This document shows, piece by piece, positions 48,558 to 51,633 of a DNA stretch of 51,633 nt. Both the position numbers and the translations under genes were made by a program. The stretch's first letter is position 1; every line of letters begins with the position of its first letter. Source of the DNA: an uncultured Collinsella sp. (lineage in GTDB: Bacteria; Actinomycetota; Coriobacteriia; Coriobacteriales; Coriobacteriaceae); contig CABUCQ010000001.1 of the NCBI GenBank assembly GCA_902490095.1, positions 1-51,633 of the forward strand, in the 5' to 3' direction. A model generated the notes under the pieces. It saw only the letters and a list, made by a program, of their open reading frames with translations. It was not told the DNA's origin and ran no database searches.

Positions 48558-50522
48558 ATGGCAGAGAACCAGAACGCCGCCGATCAGGCATCGACGCTCA
48601 ACGACGAGCGCGCCACCCGCCTGGCCAAGCGCGCCGCCCTGTTCGAGGCGGGCCAGAACCCCTATCCCGAGCACTCTGAGCTTGAGGACTACGTCGCCGA
48701 TATCGAGACTAAGTACGCCGAGCTTGCCGATGGCGAGGACACCGAGGACGTCGTGAAGATCGCCGGCCGCGTGGTCGCCAAGCGCGGCCAGGGCAAGATA
48801 ATGTTCATCGTCGTGCGCGATGCGACTGCCGAGATTCAGCTGTTCTGCCGCATCAACGACATGGACGAGGCTGCCTGGAATACGCTCAAGGCCCTCGACC
48901 TGGGCGACATCCTGGGCGTGACCGGCGTGGTCGTGCGCACCCAGCGCGGCCAGCTTTCCGTTGCCCCTAAGAGCGCGACCCTGCTTTCCAAGGCCGTTCG
49001 TCCACTGCCCGAGAAGTTCCACGGTCTTTCCGACAAGGAGACCCGCTATCGCCAGCGCTATGTCGACCTGATCGCCAACGACGACGTTCGCGAGACCTTC
49101 CGTAAGCGTTCGCAGATTCTCTCTACCTTCCGTCGCTTTATGGAGTCCGACGGTTACATGGAGGTCGAGACCCCCATCCTGCAGACCATCCAGGGCGGCG
49201 CTACCGCCAAGCCGTTCATTACCCACTTCAACGCGCTCGATCAGGAGTGCTACCTGCGTATTGCCACCGAGCTCCATCTCAAGCGCTGCATCGTCGGTGG
49301 TTTTGAGCGCGTGTTCGAGATCGGCCGCATCTTCCGTAACGAGGGCATGGACCTTACCCACAACCCCGAGTTCACCACGATGGAGGCCTACCGTGCCTTC
49401 TCAGACCTCGAGGGCATGAAGGCGCTCGCCCAGGGTGTCATTAAGGCGGCTAACAAGGCCATCGGCAACCCCGAGGTCATCGAGTACCAGGGCCAGACCA
49501 TCGACCTTTCTGGTGAGTGGGCCAGCCGTCCCATGACCGACATCGTCTCCGACGTGCTCGGCAAGCAGGTCACCATCGACACGCCGGTCGAGGAGCTTGC
49601 TGCCGCCGCGCGCGAGAAGGGCCTGGAGATCAAGCCCGAGTGGACTGCTGGCAAGATCATCGCCGAGATTTACGATGAGCTGGGCGAGGACACCATCGTC
49701 AACCCGACGTTCGTGTGCGATTACCCCATCGAGGTCAGCCCGCTTGCCAAGCGTTTTGAGGACGACCCGCGCCTGACGCACCGCTTTGAGCTGGTTATTG
49801 CCGGTCACGAGTACGCCAACGCGTTCTCCGAGCTCAACGACCCGGTCGACCAGGCCGAGCGCTTTGCCGCCCAGATGGCCGAGAAGGCCGGCGGTGACGA
49901 CGAGGCCATGGAGTATGACGAGGATTACGTGCGCGCCCTCGAGTACGGTATGCCTCCCGCGGGCGGCATCGGCATCGGTATCGACCGCGTGGTCATGCTG
50001 CTCACCAACCAGGCTTCTATCCGCGACGTGCTGCTGTTCCCGCACATGAAGCCCGAGAAGGGTTTCCAGTCCGGTGCCGCTGCCGCCAAGGCTGCCGAGG
50101 CCGGCAACGCCGCGAGCCCGTTCGTTAAGTCGCTTAAGCCCACGCTCGATTACTCCAAGATCGCCGTTGAGCCGCTGTTTGAGGAGTTCGTCGACTTTGA
50201 TACCTTCTCCAAGAGCGACTTCCGCGCTGTGAAGGTCAAGGCATGCGAGGCCGTCAAGAAGTCCAAGAAGCTGCTGAACTTTACGCTCGACGACGGCACC
50301 GGCACCGACCGCACCATCCTCTCCGGTATTCACGAGTACTACGAGCCCGAGGACCTGGTCGGTAAGACCCTGCTCGCCATCACCAATCTGCCTCCGCGCA
50401 AGATGATGGGCATCCCCAGCTGCGGCATGCTGATCAGCGCTGTCCACGAGGAGGAGGGCGAGGAGCGCCTCAACCTGATCCAGCTCGATGCTTCCATCCC
50501 CGCCGGCGCAAAGATGTGCTAA
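48558..50522 (+). CDS. lysS: Lysine-tRNA ligase (class II) with extra C-terminal tRNA-binding OB domain
   Basis: YRQRYVDL, YLRIATELHLKR, FRNEG and YGMPPAGGIGIGIDR motifs. C-terminal DFDTFSKSDFR...RTILSGI...NLPPRKMMG..SCGML resembles the MetRS C-terminal/Trbp111 domain. Confidence 0.97.
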   Translation: MAENQNAADQASTLNDERATRLAKRAALFEAGQNPYPEHSELEDYVADIETKYAELADGEDTEDVVKIAGRVVAKRGQGKIMFIVVRDATAEIQLFCRINDMDEAAWNTLKALDLGDILGVTGVVVRTQRGQLSVAPKSATLLSKAVRPLPEKFHGLSDKETRYRQRYVDLIANDDVRETFRKRSQILSTFRRFMESDGYMEVETPILQTIQGGATAKPFITHFNALDQECYLRIATELHLKRCIVGGFERVFEIGRIFRNEGMDLTHNPEFTTMEAYRAFSDLEGMKALAQGVIKAANKAIGNPEVIEYQGQTIDLSGEWASRPMTDIVSDVLGKQVTIDTPVEELAAAAREKGLEIKPEWTAGKIIAEIYDELGEDTIVNPTFVCDYPIEVSPLAKRFEDDPRLTHRFELVIAGHEYANAFSELNDPVDQAERFAAQMAEKAGGDDEAMEYDEDYVRALEYGMPPAGGIGIGIDRVVMLLTNQASIRDVLLFPHMKPEKGFQSGAAAAKAAEAGNAASPFVKSLKPTLDYSKIAVEPLFEEFVDFDTFSKSDFRAVKVKACEAVKKSKKLLNFTLDDGTGTDRTILSGIHEYYEPEDLVGKTLLAITNLPPRKMMGIPSCGMLISAVHEEEGEERLNLIQLDASIPAGAKMC

Positions 50523-50525
50523 CTA

Positions 50526-50552
50526 GTTACGCGGTTCTACGAACCGCGTAAC
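50526..50552. terminator. Hairpin after lysS
   Basis: GTTACGCGGTTC-TAC-GAACCGCGTAAC perfect stem; no strong U-tract. Confidence 0.5.
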
Positions 50553-50565
50553 GGCTCGACGCTGC

Positions 50566-50664
50566 GCGGGCCGCATTTGGACAACCTGACGTTCAACTTC
50601 AAGGGCGCGACCAGAAGGTCAGCGCCCTTTCGTTTCACGTCACCTTGTCACAAATGCGGCCCGC
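50566..50664. repeat. Nested palindromic element adjoining the IS110 end
   Basis: GCGGGCCGCATTTG (50566-50579) pairs with CAAATGCGGCCCGC (50651-50664), with further internal stems. Confidence 0.7.
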
Positions 50665-50739
50665 TCGCTCATATGACCCAATCCGCTGTCAAGAGCCACA
50701 ATGGCCCCGCCGACCGCTTGCAATCGGTCGGCGGGGCCT

Positions 50740-50935
50740 GCCGTTGAACCCGTCCCGGTCCGCCCCCGGCATGTCGTCGACGCCTTCGGCTCAGTCTCAT
50801 ATCCGCGGATACCGCTCCGGCGGCCCGCAATCCTCTCCTTCGGCGGGGCTCCCCAAGTCTGACTTCGCGCATGCGGCCGCTGCCGCGCGCACAGCGAGAA
50901 CGGGGGTGTCCCCGAAGGCTGCCCGGCTCGCCGGG
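50740..50935 (-). ncRNA. Putative bridge RNA / seekRNA in the IS110 3' non-coding region
   Basis: Structured region downstream of the transposase containing ATATGAG (identical to the element end) and CTCGCT (matching the insertion flank). Boundaries approximate. Confidence 0.6.
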
Positions 50936-50948
50936 ACGGGGGCTATGT

Positions 50949-51578
50949 CTATTCGCCGGCCTCCCGGCACATCGCGCCGAGGGCCCACAGCCACCTCACG
51001 AGCTCGGCGGCGGTGGCGGCGTTCGCCTTCGCCTGGGGCATGCCCCTGGCGAGCATCTCCTCGCGGCGCCGGAGCAGGCGCTCGGAACCCTTCCTCCCGT
51101 GCATCCTCACCTCGAGCGGGACGCCGCTGCCCTTGGGCATCAGCTTCGGCTGGTGGCCGGCCTGGGCGTAGCTCCAGGACCCCTCGACAGCCAGCCTCCT
51201 GACGAGCGCGTTGCCGGCCCCGCTGATCCCGCCGAGGCGCACGGAGTCCGCGCTCGACCTCTGCTTCGGGGCGAGGCCGAAGTAGGACGTCACCTGCCTG
51301 CCGGAGCGGAACCTCGAGAAGTCGCCGACCTCGGACGCGAAGGCGGCGGCGAGCGCGAACCCGCACCCCTTGATCGACTGGAGCGCCTCGACCTCCGCCG
51401 AGAGGGGGCCCGCCGCGACGGCGGCCCTGTACTCGGCGAGGAGGTCGTCGCGCGTCTCGGCGGCCGCCTCGACCTCGTTCCTCAGCGCCGCAAGCGCCCG
51501 GATGCCGCCGTCGTCGGCGGGGTGTATGCCGTCGAGCCACCTGAGGAAGCCGTACGTCCAGTACCTCCGGGGGTTGGC
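50949..51578 (-). pseudogene. IS110-family transposase/recombinase, C-terminal part, interrupted at its 5' side
   Basis: LQSIKGCG..LA..F.SEVGDFSRF.SGRQVTSYFGLAP.QRSS....RLGGIS.AGN..VRRL.VE. The N-terminal DEDD domain is absent and the sequence changes character at 51579. Confidence 0.85.
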
Positions 51579-51633
51579 TGTTAGCGTCAATCTATTTTTC
51601 ACCAGTTTCGCTAAACAGGCGCGCCGTTCGCGC
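51579..51633. mobile_element. Probable terminal inverted repeat of an IS21-family element (runs off the window)
   Basis: TGTTAGCGTCAATCTATTTTTCACCAGTTT begins exactly where IS110 coding character stops; TG-start and layout resemble IS21 ends. Confidence 0.5.

Larger units (their letters stand above)
50668..51578 (-). mobile_element. IS110-family element, right portion (3' non-coding region + 3' part of transposase)
   Basis: Transposase_20-type motifs; on the minus strand the end reads TTGACAGCGGATTGGGTCATATGAG; visibly GC-richer than the flanks. Confidence 0.85.

Noticed and set aside
50797..51584. Alternative 247-aa and 237-aa ORFs over the IS110 transposase
   Set aside because: Arg/Gly/Pro-rich off-frame products of very high GC sequence.

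Overview
GC-rich chromosomal segment, most likely from a coriobacterial actinomycete of the Collinsella type (inferred from gene content and codon style, not from a search). It is mostly housekeeping: a 5'-truncated acyl-CoA dehydratase/activase, coaX, dCMP deaminase, lgt, yebC, amaP-DUF2273-asp23, groES-groEL, an FMN-riboswitch-led ECF transporter operon, argCJBD with ARG boxes, tRNA-Val, asnB-murE-HAD-murI-rph-rdgB-dtd-veg-ispE, tRNA-Pro, tatA, greA and lysS. It ends in an IS110-family element that appears interrupted by an IS21-like end. The unusual content is largely non-coding: (1) a dispersed family of about 11 REP-like hairpins with variable stems but a conserved GGGAC(A/G)GG loop, some paired as REPIN-like elements; (2) several MITE-like inverted-repeat elements, three with perfect 37-bp arms; (3) a tRNA-linked tandem repeat; (4) an IS110 3' non-coding region with candidate bridge-RNA donor and target guides. 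Coding highlights are a 1151-aa sortase-anchored coiled-coil/CAP surface protein with an in-frame G9 tract, a possible ornithine-type peptidoglycan neighbourhood, and a LysRS with an extra C-terminal tRNA-binding domain. No database searches or folding programs were run; all family calls come from motifs read by eye.
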